Shown: one piece after another, positions 50,299 to 60,249 of the stretch
Layout of the letters: every line of letters starts with the position of its first letter
How positions within the stretch are numbered: the stretch's first letter is position 1
DNA from: Chitinophaga pinensis
GTDB lineage: Bacteria > Bacteroidota > Bacteroidia > B-17B0 > Aurantibacillaceae
Direction: 5' to 3'
DNA length: 64,000 nt
NCBI GenBank assembly: GCA_945860225.1
Contig: CAMAPT010000001.1
Location: 15,078 to 79,077, forward strand
Notes under the pieces: generated by a model
The model's database searches: none
Told to the model about the DNA's origin: nothing
The model's input: only the letters and a program-made list of their open reading frames with translations
Program-made: the position numbers and the translations under genes

Positions 50299-53157
50299 TT
50301 AGACATTACAAATACTTGAATAAGCGCAAAATTGGCATTTTTCTTCATCATCAGTTTGATTAAAAAATGAATCTTTCAGCAGCATTTCAGTTATTTTATT
50401 CTTTAAATGAGTTTCAAAGTCTTCCAATAATTCTGATGTAAACTTCAAAATTTCGTTACCTTTTGTATTTTCAAGAATAAATTTTGGTTGTTCTTCAAAT
50501 TTTTTGAATGGGATAATACACGGCTGAAGTTCTTCTGGTTTTGCTAATTTATTTTTAACTACTAACCAAGCATACATAAAAAGTTGCAACATTTTGTTAT
50601 ATTGACTATCGGTAAACAAATCCTCAAAATTTGTAAATTTAAATTTATCTGTCTCTTTAACGGAAGATTTGTAATCAATGACTCTAATATGATTTCCTAA
50701 TTTATCTATTCTATCAGCTGAACCTTTGACATAAATTATACTTTCTAAACCATTGATATTTAAACTAATAGAAGCCTGAAGATTTCTCTCTAAATCTACT
50801 AAACTTAATAACTGATTTGTCTTAACAGATTGCTGAATTAATCTTAAATCATTTTTCAATAACTTATAAATATACTCCTGTAAAACTTGTCTTTGAAGGA
50901 AATTTTTCCCAAACAGACTTTCTTTTTGACTGAAAAAATCTTGAAAAACCAGATTGACAGTATCTTGGGTTTTAGAAATACAATCTTGAATATGTTCATT
51001 CTTTAGTACATTACCGACAAATGGTTTATAAAGCATTTCTAATGATTTATGTAAAATAGTGCCTTGTGTATTTGCCTCAGCGCTTTCTTCTACATCTTCT
51101 GTTTCTTTCATACTTGCTCCATATCTAAAAAAGAAACGTAAGGCACAATCTTTATAAGTAATTAATGCCGACGGACTCAAGCCTGAATATTGGTCATCAT
51201 GAGTTAATTTATCAATGATTGGAGCTAAATTAAATTCTGATTTAGAAATTGAAATATGATTTTTTATACTAGCATGTAGAATGTCTCCGCTTAACATGTG
51301 CTCAGTAATTTGATGTTCCGAATTATATTTTTGTAATTCAAATTGTAATTGAGTAATAAAACGGCTTTTTTCTCCAGTACCCAACATAGAATGTTCAGTA
51401 TTATATGTTATAAGGATATGAGAAGCTCTTTGTAAAATTCGATAAAAATGGTAAGCATAAACAGCATCTTTATCTCCATACAGAGGCATTCCATAATGCA
51501 ACTTTAAATCATTAGGAATAAAAGAGTTAGAAGATTTACCTGAAGGCAATACCCCTTCGTTAACTCCCAATAATATCAAATTTTCAAAGTCAAGTGTACG
51601 TGTTTCGAGCACCCCCATAATTTGTAAACCTTGCAATGGCTCACCGATAAATGGTACTGATGCCGTTCCAATAATTTGCTTAAACAAACTTTTAAGTGTC
51701 AATAAAGAATCTAAATAATGATGTGAATGAATCAAAATTTGGAGCCTATTAAAATACTTGTTAAATACATGGAGATACTCTTTTTCAGACGCTGATAATT
51801 GTAGTGCTTCGTTTTCGGTGTTATTAAACACCTGAATAAAAGTTGAAATGGAAGTAATACCTACTGCCGAATTTGACCAGTTATTGAACAATGATGCTAT
51901 GGGTTGAAAATTGTTTTCAAATAATTCGGTAAGATTTTTATAATTTAACCAAACATAATTTTTGTCGATTACTTTTTGAATAACCGTTTGTAATGAAATT
52001 GAAGGGCTAAAAGATTGATAGTAATTCTTAAATAAAGAATTTTGAAAAATCTTGAATATATCAGCGAAATAAAAACTACTTGAAATACCGCCTATTTTAC
52101 TTGTTGATTGATGTAAAGAAATTAAATTATCAACCAAATCATAAATAGGAGATAAACGTAATGGGTATTCCATCGTAATATTCACATGTTGTATTTCCTT
52201 TGGCAATTGATTTAAAATGGGGAATAATAGGCTTTCATCTGCTAAAACAATCGCCGTTTTATGAATCGATTTGCCTTGATTCATCCATTCAGTTAATTGA
52301 TGTGCGACCATTTGTGCTTGCCCCACTTGCTTTGGTACAGCTACAATATTTATTTTTTTTGAAATTTCCTTAAAATAATTACCAATAAAAGTTTTATTAT
52401 TTAACCAATTTCGATTTAAATTATTTCTTAAAAAGTAGCCTGCCTCATAATTTTCATTATCTAAATAATATACGTCTGCATCGTAAAGAATTTCAGCTTT
52501 TTTGTCTTTTACCAAATTTGAAAAAATAGTGATTTCTGCCTTATTAAGTGCGTTAAAACCACAAATTAATAATTTAGAAAATTGATCGATATACGGAGCA
52601 TCTTTGCAATGCTGAACAGCCATTCGATACATTAATCCTTGATAACCTTGTTTTTTTTGAATCAATATTTTTGAGTAGGCCTCATAAACAACTCCCATTT
52701 GTGACATAAAATCCACATAATCTTGTTGAGTTGGTGTTAATTTTTCGGCACTTAAACTCCAGTTTTCAATTTCTTTTATCTCTTTCAAGTTTTGGTACAA
52801 CGCTTTTGTATCTACCAAATACCGATCTGCCTCATTAAAATCTTGCAACATCATTGTTCCCCATTTTGAAAAAACATCGAACGATTCGGCCTTTTCCTTT
52901 AAAATACTTACATAAACGGAATACAAATCACAAATTAAATCAATTGAATCCGCTTGTTGCAAACCAGATAATTCTGAAACCAAATCTTCAGCACTAATAA
53001 TTGTTGGGAGCCAAATTGTTTTTTGAAAAACTTTTGCCAAATGTTTTTTCAGGTATAAAGCCCCTCGTTTATTTGGTAATACAATACATAATCGCTCCGT
53101 ATCATTATAATGATGTTCGTGAATATATTTGGCAATTTGCATTAAAAATGGTGTCAT
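50299..53157 (-). CDS. AddB-like PD-(D/E)XK nuclease with C-terminal Fe-S cluster cysteines and a degenerate helicase-like N-terminal region
   Basis: Nuclease core GSADRIDKL...VIDYKSS...QLFMYAW. Four Cys in AddB/Cas4 arrangement (YKDCALRFFF and CQFCAYSSIC). No intact Walker A at the N-terminus (LPNKRG). Confidence 0.8.
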   Translation of the reverse strand: MTPFLMQIAKYIHEHHYNDTERLCIVLPNKRGALYLKKHLAKVFQKTIWLPTIISAEDLVSELSGLQQADSIDLICDLYSVYVSILKEKAESFDVFSKWGTMMLQDFNEADRYLVDTKALYQNLKEIKEIENWSLSAEKLTPTQQDYVDFMSQMGVVYEAYSKILIQKKQGYQGLMYRMAVQHCKDAPYIDQFSKLLICGFNALNKAEITIFSNLVKDKKAEILYDADVYYLDNENYEAGYFLRNNLNRNWLNNKTFIGNYFKEISKKINIVAVPKQVGQAQMVAHQLTEWMNQGKSIHKTAIVLADESLLFPILNQLPKEIQHVNITMEYPLRLSPIYDLVDNLISLHQSTSKIGGISSSFYFADIFKIFQNSLFKNYYQSFSPSISLQTVIQKVIDKNYVWLNYKNLTELFENNFQPIASLFNNWSNSAVGITSISTFIQVFNNTENEALQLSASEKEYLHVFNKYFNRLQILIHSHHYLDSLLTLKSLFKQIIGTASVPFIGEPLQGLQIMGVLETRTLDFENLILLGVNEGVLPSGKSSNSFIPNDLKLHYGMPLYGDKDAVYAYHFYRILQRASHILITYNTEHSMLGTGEKSRFITQLQFELQKYNSEHQITEHMLSGDILHASIKNHISISKSEFNLAPIIDKLTHDDQYSGLSPSALITYKDCALRFFFRYGASMKETEDVEESAEANTQGTILHKSLEMLYKPFVGNVLKNEHIQDCISKTQDTVNLVFQDFFSQKESLFGKNFLQRQVLQEYIYKLLKNDLRLIQQSVKTNQLLSLVDLERNLQASISLNINGLESIIYVKGSADRIDKLGNHIRVIDYKSSVKETDKFKFTNFEDLFTDSQYNKMLQLFMYAWLVVKNKLAKPEELQPCIIPFKKFEEQPKFILENTKGNEILKFTSELLEDFETHLKNKITEMLLKDSFFNQTDDEEKCQFCAYSSICNV

Positions 53158-53198
53158 AAAACCAATATTATGAGTACTAAAAAAAGGTAAAAAGTACT

Positions 53199-53226
53199 AA
53201 AAAACGTGTTATAAAATTAACACGTT
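53199..53226 (-). terminator. Terminator hairpin after the DAG-kinase-family gene
   Basis: aacgtgtt ataaaatt aacacgtt (8-bp stem), followed on the minus strand by TTTT. Confidence 0.5.
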
Positions 53227-53250
53227 AATAAAAAGTACAGAAGATTCATT

Positions 53251-54120
53251 TTAACATACAACATTGAGTGCCAATGGCATAATGCGAATAATGAGCTTGT
53301 TTTTTACAAAAACAGGCTCTCCATCATAATGCACCGGTAACTCTCCATCAAATTCAATCTCTATTTGCTTTCCTTTATCAGAAATCAACTTGACAGAGGT
53401 ATGAATTTTTTTCGAAAATAATTTTAGACCAATAATTGGAAGGGAAATAATCGAAAATGGTTTCAAAACACTGACATCTAACCAACCATCATTCAATTCT
53501 GCTTTTGGAGCAATATACACATCATTACCCCATTGTCCGGAATTAGCTACAGTAATTAAAAATGCCTTTGTTTCTATTCTTTTTCCATCAACCAATATGT
53601 TGTAATGAAAAGGTTTATATCCAAAAAATGCTTTTATCGTTTTATTAAAATAGGTTATAAATCCTCGCTTAGTGCTCATTGCAAATTCATTAGCTATATG
53701 AGCGTCAAAACCTATTCCGGCGGTGCAAAAAAAAGGAAACTCATTAATCCTACCTCCATCTATTTGCCTTATACCTCGCCTTTCAATAACTTGAAGTGCT
53801 TTGATTAAATTCATCGGAATTCCATTACTCCTAGCAAGTCCATTACCCGATCCTAATGGAAGTATACCTAAAGCCATTTTGGTATGAGCTAATACTGCCG
53901 CAACCTGATTTACAGTTCCATCACCTCCACATGCAACCACAGTATCGTAATTTCCACTTTTGATTTTTTGCCTTACAGTATCAAAATCGTCTTTATTTTC
54001 CCATATTATAAATTCAGGAGAATGGCTTTGTGATAAATTTTTCTTAACAAATTCAGCAATATCTAATTTCTTCTTTACTCCAGCATTAGGATTAATGACA
54101 AAGGCTATTTTTTTTACCAT
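53251..54120 (-). CDS. Diacylglycerol-kinase-family lipid kinase (YegS/BmrU-like)
   Basis: VVACGGDGTVNQV and LPLGSGNGLAR motifs; 289 aa. Confidence 0.85.
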   Translation of the reverse strand: MVKKIAFVINPNAGVKKKLDIAEFVKKNLSQSHSPEFIIWENKDDFDTVRQKIKSGNYDTVVACGGDGTVNQVAAVLAHTKMALGILPLGSGNGLARSNGIPMNLIKALQVIERRGIRQIDGGRINEFPFFCTAGIGFDAHIANEFAMSTKRGFITYFNKTIKAFFGYKPFHYNILVDGKRIETKAFLITVANSGQWGNDVYIAPKAELNDGWLDVSVLKPFSIISLPIIGLKLFSKKIHTSVKLISDKGKQIEIEFDGELPVHYDGEPVFVKNKLIIRIMPLALNVVC

Positions 54121-54123
54121 ATA

Positions 54124-54804
54124 TTATTTTTTTGAAGTGGTAAAGAAAAATTCTTTCAAATAATTGGGCTCAACATAAGCCACATCAACAAAATCATTGT
54201 TTTTAAATTGTTCGAATGCCAATTTAACCATTGTTGATGCACTTGCAACCACATCATTCACAAAATAAACCTTAGGAAGTGTTTGTAATAAGTCTTTCGC
54301 TTTAGGCATACCATCTCCAAAGAAAAAAACATCTTTTCCTTTGTTTAATTGACCGATAGTTTCCTCGTTTAAAACGATCGCATTTACCGGCATAATAGTG
54401 TTTAATTGGCTATCAAATACTGCACAATACACTTCCATTCGTTTAGCATCGAGCATAGGACAAAAAAGCGCATCTTGTTGATATTTTTGAATAACAGAGG
54501 TACTTAACGCCTTCAATGTATCGACTTTTATTAATGGAATTTTTAATGAATAAGCCAACCCTTTTGCTGTAGAAAACCCTATACGTAAACCAGTGTAAGA
54601 GCCTGGCCCTGAACTAATTGAAACAGCAGCTAAATCTTTAGGTAATAATGAGTAATCGATTAATAAATCTTTAATAAAAATATGCAAGTTTTCAGCATGC
54701 GTGTACCCATTATTGTATTCTCGTAAACCAATTAATTCTGAGTTTTTTGAAACAGCCACAGAACAAATAGTCGAGGTACTTTCTATATGTAAGATATGAG
54801 GCAT
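54124..54804 (-). CDS. tsaB: tRNA t6A biosynthesis protein TsaB
   Basis: ISSGPGSYTGLRIG motif; 226 aa, ASKHA-fold pattern. Confidence 0.9.
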   Translation of the reverse strand: MPHILHIESTSTICSVAVSKNSELIGLREYNNGYTHAENLHIFIKDLLIDYSLLPKDLAAVSISSGPGSYTGLRIGFSTAKGLAYSLKIPLIKVDTLKALSTSVIQKYQQDALFCPMLDAKRMEVYCAVFDSQLNTIMPVNAIVLNEETIGQLNKGKDVFFFGDGMPKAKDLLQTLPKVYFVNDVVASASTMVKLAFEQFKNNDFVDVAYVEPNYLKEFFFTTSKK

Positions 54805-54810
54805 CTAAAA

Positions 54811-56160
54811 TTAGTTTTTATGAACAAACAAATTCTCTTTATCGACAACCTTTAATTTTTTACCATTTTTGAGAAGTTTAGAGATAGCTCCATAAGGCCC
54901 AGCTACAATTTCATCGCCTAACTTAATACCAGTCTTAATTTGAATATAATCATTATCCTGAATGCCTGTTGTAACAAAAACCATCTTAGCAACTCCATTT
55001 TGATTCAAAAACACACATTCTTTTATTTCTTCTTTTTTAGAATTTAATTTTTGTTCTTTTTCATCTTTCACGACCACACCAGATTCCTCATTAGCTGTTG
55101 TGGAACGATTTGTTTCTGTTGTATCAGTATTACGACTAGTAACGCATTGAATAGGTATCGTTATGATATTATTTGCACGCATTGTTTGAATTTCGACACT
55201 AGCACTCATACCTGGCCTAAAAGGTGCCGGGTTATATGTAGTTACCAAATCTAAATATGTTTCTCTCAAAATTCTTATTTTAACTACAAAATTCGTTACC
55301 TGATCAATCGAAATTCCAGTTGTATTGGCAGAGTTGGCAACCTCAGTTACAATACCTTTAAATTTTTTTCCGGTATAGGCGTCAACCTCTATAATTGCTG
55401 TATCGTTTTTATGAATACGAATAATATCATTTTCGTTCACCTCTACGCTAGCTTCCATCTCATTTAAATTTGCCAATCTTAAGATTTCCGTTCCTTGCAA
55501 GCCTTGAACTCCGACAACACGTTCACCTTTTTCAACATTTAATTTAGAAACGGTTCCATCAACCGGAGCATATATAAACGTTTTATCCAAATTAGAATTT
55601 GCTTCTTTTAATGATGCCTCAACACTCTTTACATTGAAATCGGACGCATTAATACTTTCCTTGAGCGCCTCTACATTGGCTTTAGCAGCTTCAAAACTTG
55701 CTTTGGATGCATCAAATTCTTGTTGAGAAATAACATTTTGTTCAAATAATTTTTTGTTTCTGAAAAATGTAGATTCTGAATTTTCTAAATTAGCCTTTGC
55801 CTGCGCCAATTGGGCCATTGTGGTTTTTAAATTGGCTTTTGAGCTATTAACCGTTGCATTAACTCTTTCAAAAGCACTTTCATAAATATCTGGTTTAATG
55901 CGGCAAAGTAATTGGCCCTTTTTTACTTGCTCCCCTTCCTTTACCAACATCTCAACAACTTCTCCAGAAACATCAGAAGTAATTTTCAATTCGGTCTCTG
56001 GCTGTATTTTTCCGTTCGCAGAAACAGTTTCGATGATACTTCTATTCATTGCTTTTTCTGTAGTAACTTCCGTAGGTTCTTCACCCTTAAAAAATTTCAG
56101 GATAATGACTACAATTAATAAAGTCATACAGATTCCTATGATCCAATATAATTTTTTCAT
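54811..56160 (-). CDS. Efflux periplasmic adaptor (HlyD/MacA-like membrane fusion protein)
   Basis: N-terminal TM anchor, lipoyl-like halves flanking a long coiled-coil hairpin, beta-barrel and membrane-proximal (MP) regions; 449 aa. Confidence 0.85.
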   Translation of the reverse strand: MKKLYWIIGICMTLLIVVIILKFFKGEEPTEVTTEKAMNRSIIETVSANGKIQPETELKITSDVSGEVVEMLVKEGEQVKKGQLLCRIKPDIYESAFERVNATVNSSKANLKTTMAQLAQAKANLENSESTFFRNKKLFEQNVISQQEFDASKASFEAAKANVEALKESINASDFNVKSVEASLKEANSNLDKTFIYAPVDGTVSKLNVEKGERVVGVQGLQGTEILRLANLNEMEASVEVNENDIIRIHKNDTAIIEVDAYTGKKFKGIVTEVANSANTTGISIDQVTNFVVKIRILRETYLDLVTTYNPAPFRPGMSASVEIQTMRANNIITIPIQCVTSRNTDTTETNRSTTANEESGVVVKDEKEQKLNSKKEEIKECVFLNQNGVAKMVFVTTGIQDNDYIQIKTGIKLGDEIVAGPYGAISKLLKNGKKLKVVDKENLFVHKN

Positions 56161-56254
56161 GTCAAAGTAATATTAATGTTTTATGGGTAACAAAATTTAA
56201 ACTTATTTGTGTGTTAAAATAATAACAATGGGTTTATCAAAAAAATTTAGAGTT

Positions 56255-56283
56255 CAAAGATACATGTATTATTGTATCTTTTT
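56255..56283. terminator. Stem-loop between prmC and the adaptor gene (aaagataca / tgtatcttt, then T's on the plus strand)
   Basis: 9-bp inverted repeat read directly. Its orientation relative to the minus-strand genes is ambiguous. Confidence 0.3.
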
Positions 56284-56300
56284 TACAATACATCAAATCA

Positions 56301-57176
56301 TCAATGCTTACAAGCCACCAAAAATCTTTCTTTACCACTCATATCCATTAAAATCTCAACTGATGAAAAATACTGACTCTCTATGGCATATTGTCTGACT
56401 TGAAAAGCCGTCAAAGAATTTAACTCAAAAAAAAGATACCCTTTTTGTTCTAAATACTGATTACTCAATTCAATGATGCGCTTATAAAACAAGATAGGAT
56501 TCTCATCTGGGACAAATAACGCTAAATGAGGTTCATTATCTAAAACCCTGACTTCCATTTGTTTAGATTCAGAATTAAGAATATAGGGCGGATTACTTAC
56601 AATAATGGAAAATGTAGAATTCAAATTAAGAGGATCAGAAAATATATCTTGCTTTATAAAATTCACTTCCAGATTGTGTTTAATAGCATTTGACCTAGCA
56701 ACGTTTAACGCGTGTTCTGAAATATCAATTCCTGTTAAATGAGCTTGAGGCATATATTTTTTTAATATGACAGGAATACATCCTGACCCTGTTCCAATGT
56801 CAAGAATAGCTATCTTATCAAAATTTTTATTCTTGTATGTTTTTATAATTATATCTACTAATTCTTCTGTTTCTGGTCGCGGAATAAGAACTGAATTGGA
56901 AACATTAAAAATCATATCATAAAAAAAAGCTTCTTTTAAAATATATTGTATAGGAATACCTTTTTTTAAATTAACTCCTGCATTATAAATATTAATCAAA
57001 TTCGATTGATTGATTGGTTGATAAAAATATTTTTTTAAATCACTTTTAGTGTATTTTAAAAATTTTTCACAAACTAATTCGAAAATTGCAAATAATTCAC
57101 TTTCATCATAAATTAATGAAAGTTCATTTTTATAGTAAGTATATAATGATGATAATTTATTATCCGCTATTTTCAT
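56301..57176 (-). CDS. prmC: Release factor glutamine N5-methyltransferase
   Basis: SAM motif LDIGTGSG and catalytic NPPY (IVSNPPYI). Confidence 0.9.
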   Translation of the reverse strand: MKIADNKLSSLYTYYKNELSLIYDESELFAIFELVCEKFLKYTKSDLKKYFYQPINQSNLINIYNAGVNLKKGIPIQYILKEAFFYDMIFNVSNSVLIPRPETEELVDIIIKTYKNKNFDKIAILDIGTGSGCIPVILKKYMPQAHLTGIDISEHALNVARSNAIKHNLEVNFIKQDIFSDPLNLNSTFSIIVSNPPYILNSESKQMEVRVLDNEPHLALFVPDENPILFYKRIIELSNQYLEQKGYLFFELNSLTAFQVRQYAIESQYFSSVEILMDMSGKERFLVACKH

Positions 57177-57205
57177 TTTACATCAAGCTTGTGGGTACTT
57201 CTCAA

Positions 57206-59230
57206 TTATTTATCATTCAATAATTTTTCCAAACTAAACATTTCATCACGCAAAGTTGCCGCCTTCATAAAATCCATTTCTTTTGATGCCTTTAACATGG
57301 CTGATTTTAATTTAGTAATTTGTTTTTTCAGTTCATCTTTACTCATATATTGCACAACAGGGTCTGCCGCTACACTATAATTTTCAGGCTCTATATATGT
57401 TCTAACCAATTTACCATCCACCGTTACCTCAACGCCCGAATCATTTGGTTGTAATAACGCTTTTTTGCCGGCTTGCGAAGGAGTGATACCATTTTTATAA
57501 TTGTATTCAATCTGTTTTTTTCTTCTACGTTCTGTTTCATCAATCGTAATTTGCATACTTTCTGTTTTTCTATCGGCATACATAATTACCCTACCATTGA
57601 CATTTCGAGCTGCCCTACCTGATGTTTGAACCAAACTTCTTACATTTCTCAAAAATCCTTCTTTGTCAGCATCTAAAATAGCAACTAAAGATACTTCTGG
57701 TAAATCTAATCCTTCTCTTAATAAATTAATTCCTATTAATACATCAAACATTCCTACTCTCAACTGACGTAATATTTCTACTCGTTCCAATGTATCGACA
57801 TCACTATGTATATAACGACAACGTATTTGAAGTTTTGTCAAATATTTTGAAAGTTCCTCTGCCATTCGTTTTGTTAAAGTGGTAACCAAAACTCGTTCAT
57901 CTCGTTCCACGACTTTATGTATTTCATCCAATAAATCATCCACCTGATTTCCACTAGGACGAACTTCTATAATTGGATCTAAAATTCCCGTTGGTCGAAC
58001 TAACTGCTCTACAACCACTCCTTCTGCTTTTTGAAGTTCATATTCAGCAGGTGTAGCAGATATGTATATACATTGATTGACTAAATCTTCAAATTCCTCA
58101 AACTTTAATGGACGATTATCCATTGCTGAAGGTAATCTAAAACCATATTCCACTAAATTTTGTTTACGTGAAAAATCACCTCCATACATTGCTCTGATTT
58201 GAGGAATGGTGGCGTGACTTTCATCTACAACAATCAAATAATCTTCCGGGAAATAGTCAAGTAAACAAAACGGACGAGTTCCTGGAGCCCTACCATCCAT
58301 ATAACGTGAATAATTTTCAATGCCGCTGCAGTATCCCAACTCTCTCATCATTTCCAAATCATAATTTACTCGCTCCTCAATACGTTTAGCTTCCAAATCC
58401 TTTCCACATGATTTTAAAAATGCCACATGATTGACCATATCCTCTTGTATTTGAGTCATTGCTGTTTGCAAAGTATCTGGCGCGGTAACGAAAATATTTG
58501 CAGGATATATGGTAAAAGCATCAAATTTTTCAAGAATGGTTCCATGAATTGGATCAAAAGTTTCAATAGATTCTATTTCATCTCCAAAAAAACAAACTCG
58601 AACGGCATGATCTGTATAGGATAAATTGACATCAACCGTATCGCCTTTTACCCTAAATGTACTTCTCTTAAACTCTTCTGTTGTTCTTGAATACAAAGCT
58701 CCTACCAATAGATGTAATAGTTTATTACGAGAAATAACATGTCCAACTTCTAATGAAATAATATTTTTTTTGAAATCGGTAGGGTTTCCAATACCATAAA
58801 TACAAGAAACCGAAGAAATCACGATTACATCTCTTCTTCCAGACAATAAGGCTGATGATGCGCTTATTCTTAATTTTTCAATTTCGTCATTAATCGCTAA
58901 ATCTTTTTCAATATACGTACCAGTGGTTGGCAAATAAGCCTCAGGCTGATAATAATCGTAATAACTTACAAAATATTCAACCGCATTTTCAGGAAAAAAC
59001 TGTTTAAATTCACTAAACAATTGGGCGGCCAAAGTTTTATTATGACTTAATACCAATGTAGGTTTATTAACCTGCTGTATAACATTTGCAGCAGTAAAGG
59101 TTTTTCCGGAGCCTGTAACACCTAATAAGACCTGATGTTTCGTATTAGTTTTCAATCCATCCACCAATTGCTTTATAGCTGTCGGTTGGTCACCTGTTGG
59201 TTGAAATTCAGATATTAGATTAAATGGCAC
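57206..59230 (-). CDS. uvrB: Excinuclease ABC subunit B
   Basis: Walker A GVTGSGKTFT, beta-hairpin region, helicase motifs, C-terminal UVR domain (FMKAATLRDEM). Confidence 0.97.
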   Translation of the reverse strand: MPFNLISEFQPTGDQPTAIKQLVDGLKTNTKHQVLLGVTGSGKTFTAANVIQQVNKPTLVLSHNKTLAAQLFSEFKQFFPENAVEYFVSYYDYYQPEAYLPTTGTYIEKDLAINDEIEKLRISASSALLSGRRDVIVISSVSCIYGIGNPTDFKKNIISLEVGHVISRNKLLHLLVGALYSRTTEEFKRSTFRVKGDTVDVNLSYTDHAVRVCFFGDEIESIETFDPIHGTILEKFDAFTIYPANIFVTAPDTLQTAMTQIQEDMVNHVAFLKSCGKDLEAKRIEERVNYDLEMMRELGYCSGIENYSRYMDGRAPGTRPFCLLDYFPEDYLIVVDESHATIPQIRAMYGGDFSRKQNLVEYGFRLPSAMDNRPLKFEEFEDLVNQCIYISATPAEYELQKAEGVVVEQLVRPTGILDPIIEVRPSGNQVDDLLDEIHKVVERDERVLVTTLTKRMAEELSKYLTKLQIRCRYIHSDVDTLERVEILRQLRVGMFDVLIGINLLREGLDLPEVSLVAILDADKEGFLRNVRSLVQTSGRAARNVNGRVIMYADRKTESMQITIDETERRRKKQIEYNYKNGITPSQAGKKALLQPNDSGVEVTVDGKLVRTYIEPENYSVAADPVVQYMSKDELKKQITKLKSAMLKASKEMDFMKAATLRDEMFSLEKLLNDK

Positions 59231-59268
59231 AGGCTAAAAATTAACAAGTTAAAATAGTACAATAAAAC

Positions 59269-60114
59269 TTAAGAATGGTGATATATTATTAATCCATCAA
59301 TAGGTGATTTAATAATATTTCCCAATCCGAATCCTTTTTCAGTAAGTGCTTCATGTAAAATATCTTGATAATAATAAGCGATAGAACCAACTGAATTTAC
59401 ATTTAACTGGCGAGCATCTGCATATTTAGATACTTGAGTGTCTATAAAATTAATAAAACAATGTTTTATTAAGCCTTTAACATAATCATCTTGGCTATAA
59501 GTCAATAAAAAACTCATTATACTAGCCAAATACCTGCTAGGCATGGGTTGTTTATACACATTTTCAAGAATTATTTCTCTGTTATATCCAGCTTTTTCAA
59601 ACGATAACTTTAAATGCTCAGGCAACCTTTCATCAAAATAATGTTGAACAAACGTTTTTCCAATATTTGCTCCACTTCCATGATCGCCAAACATATAACC
59701 TACAGATGGCACATTTTCAATAACGTTTTTACCATCATACAAACAGCTATTACTTCCAGTTCCTAATATACAAGCAATTCCACTTTCTTGCCCACAAAGA
59801 GCTCTTGCAGCAGCCAATAAATCATGATTTATATCTAATTCAATACTTCCAAAAGCAGAAGTCAAAGCTTCTTTTACAATCAATATTTTTTCAGCTGCAG
59901 AGCATCCCGCTCCGTAATAATAAATTTGTTGAATTGAATCTAAATGCTGGTTAAGTTGAGGTATTAAATAGTTTTTAATTTCTCCGTAAATCTCAGTACT
60001 TGTTTGAAAATATGGATTAAATCCTTTAGTTTGGGTTTTAACAAGAATATAACCGTTATCTACCAGTACCCAATCTGTTTTAGTAGATCCACTATCTGCG
60101 ATTAAAAAAGACAT
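59269..60114 (-). CDS. BadF/BadG/BcrA/BcrD-type ATPase (N-acetylglucosamine kinase-like)
   Basis: N-terminal phosphate-1 motif LIADSGSTKTDW, GCILGTGSNS-like motif (ACILGTGSNS), ASKHA fold; 281 aa. Confidence 0.8.
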   Translation of the reverse strand: MSFLIADSGSTKTDWVLVDNGYILVKTQTKGFNPYFQTSTEIYGEIKNYLIPQLNQHLDSIQQIYYYGAGCSAAEKILIVKEALTSAFGSIELDINHDLLAAARALCGQESGIACILGTGSNSCLYDGKNVIENVPSVGYMFGDHGSGANIGKTFVQHYFDERLPEHLKLSFEKAGYNREIILENVYKQPMPSRYLASIMSFLLTYSQDDYVKGLIKHCFINFIDTQVSKYADARQLNVNSVGSIAYYYQDILHEALTEKGFGLGNIIKSPIDGLIIYHHS

Positions 60115-60249
60115 AAGTTGAAATAATTTAAGGCTTAAAACCTAAGAAACAAATTCTTGAATAAACCATTATTAGTTAAAAATTCAAGTGTTATAAAATT
60201 CTTCAAACTAAATAGTTGAAGGCTGAAATTCTCAGAAATCTGCTTTAAT

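Noticed and set aside
34659-54804. Apparent clustering of three t6A/ct6A pathway genes (tcdA 34659-35393, tsaC/sua5 43693-44649, tsaB 54124-54804) within 20 kb
   Set aside because: They are in three separate transcription units interspersed with unrelated housekeeping genes. This is most simply coincidence in a compact genome, not an operon or a new system.
56207-56398. 63-aa plus-strand ORF spanning the adaptor/prmC intergenic region; also 20845-21039 and 8145-8354
   Set aside because: They run through a hairpin and into the 3' ends of minus-strand genes. They have no motif support and are most likely spurious.
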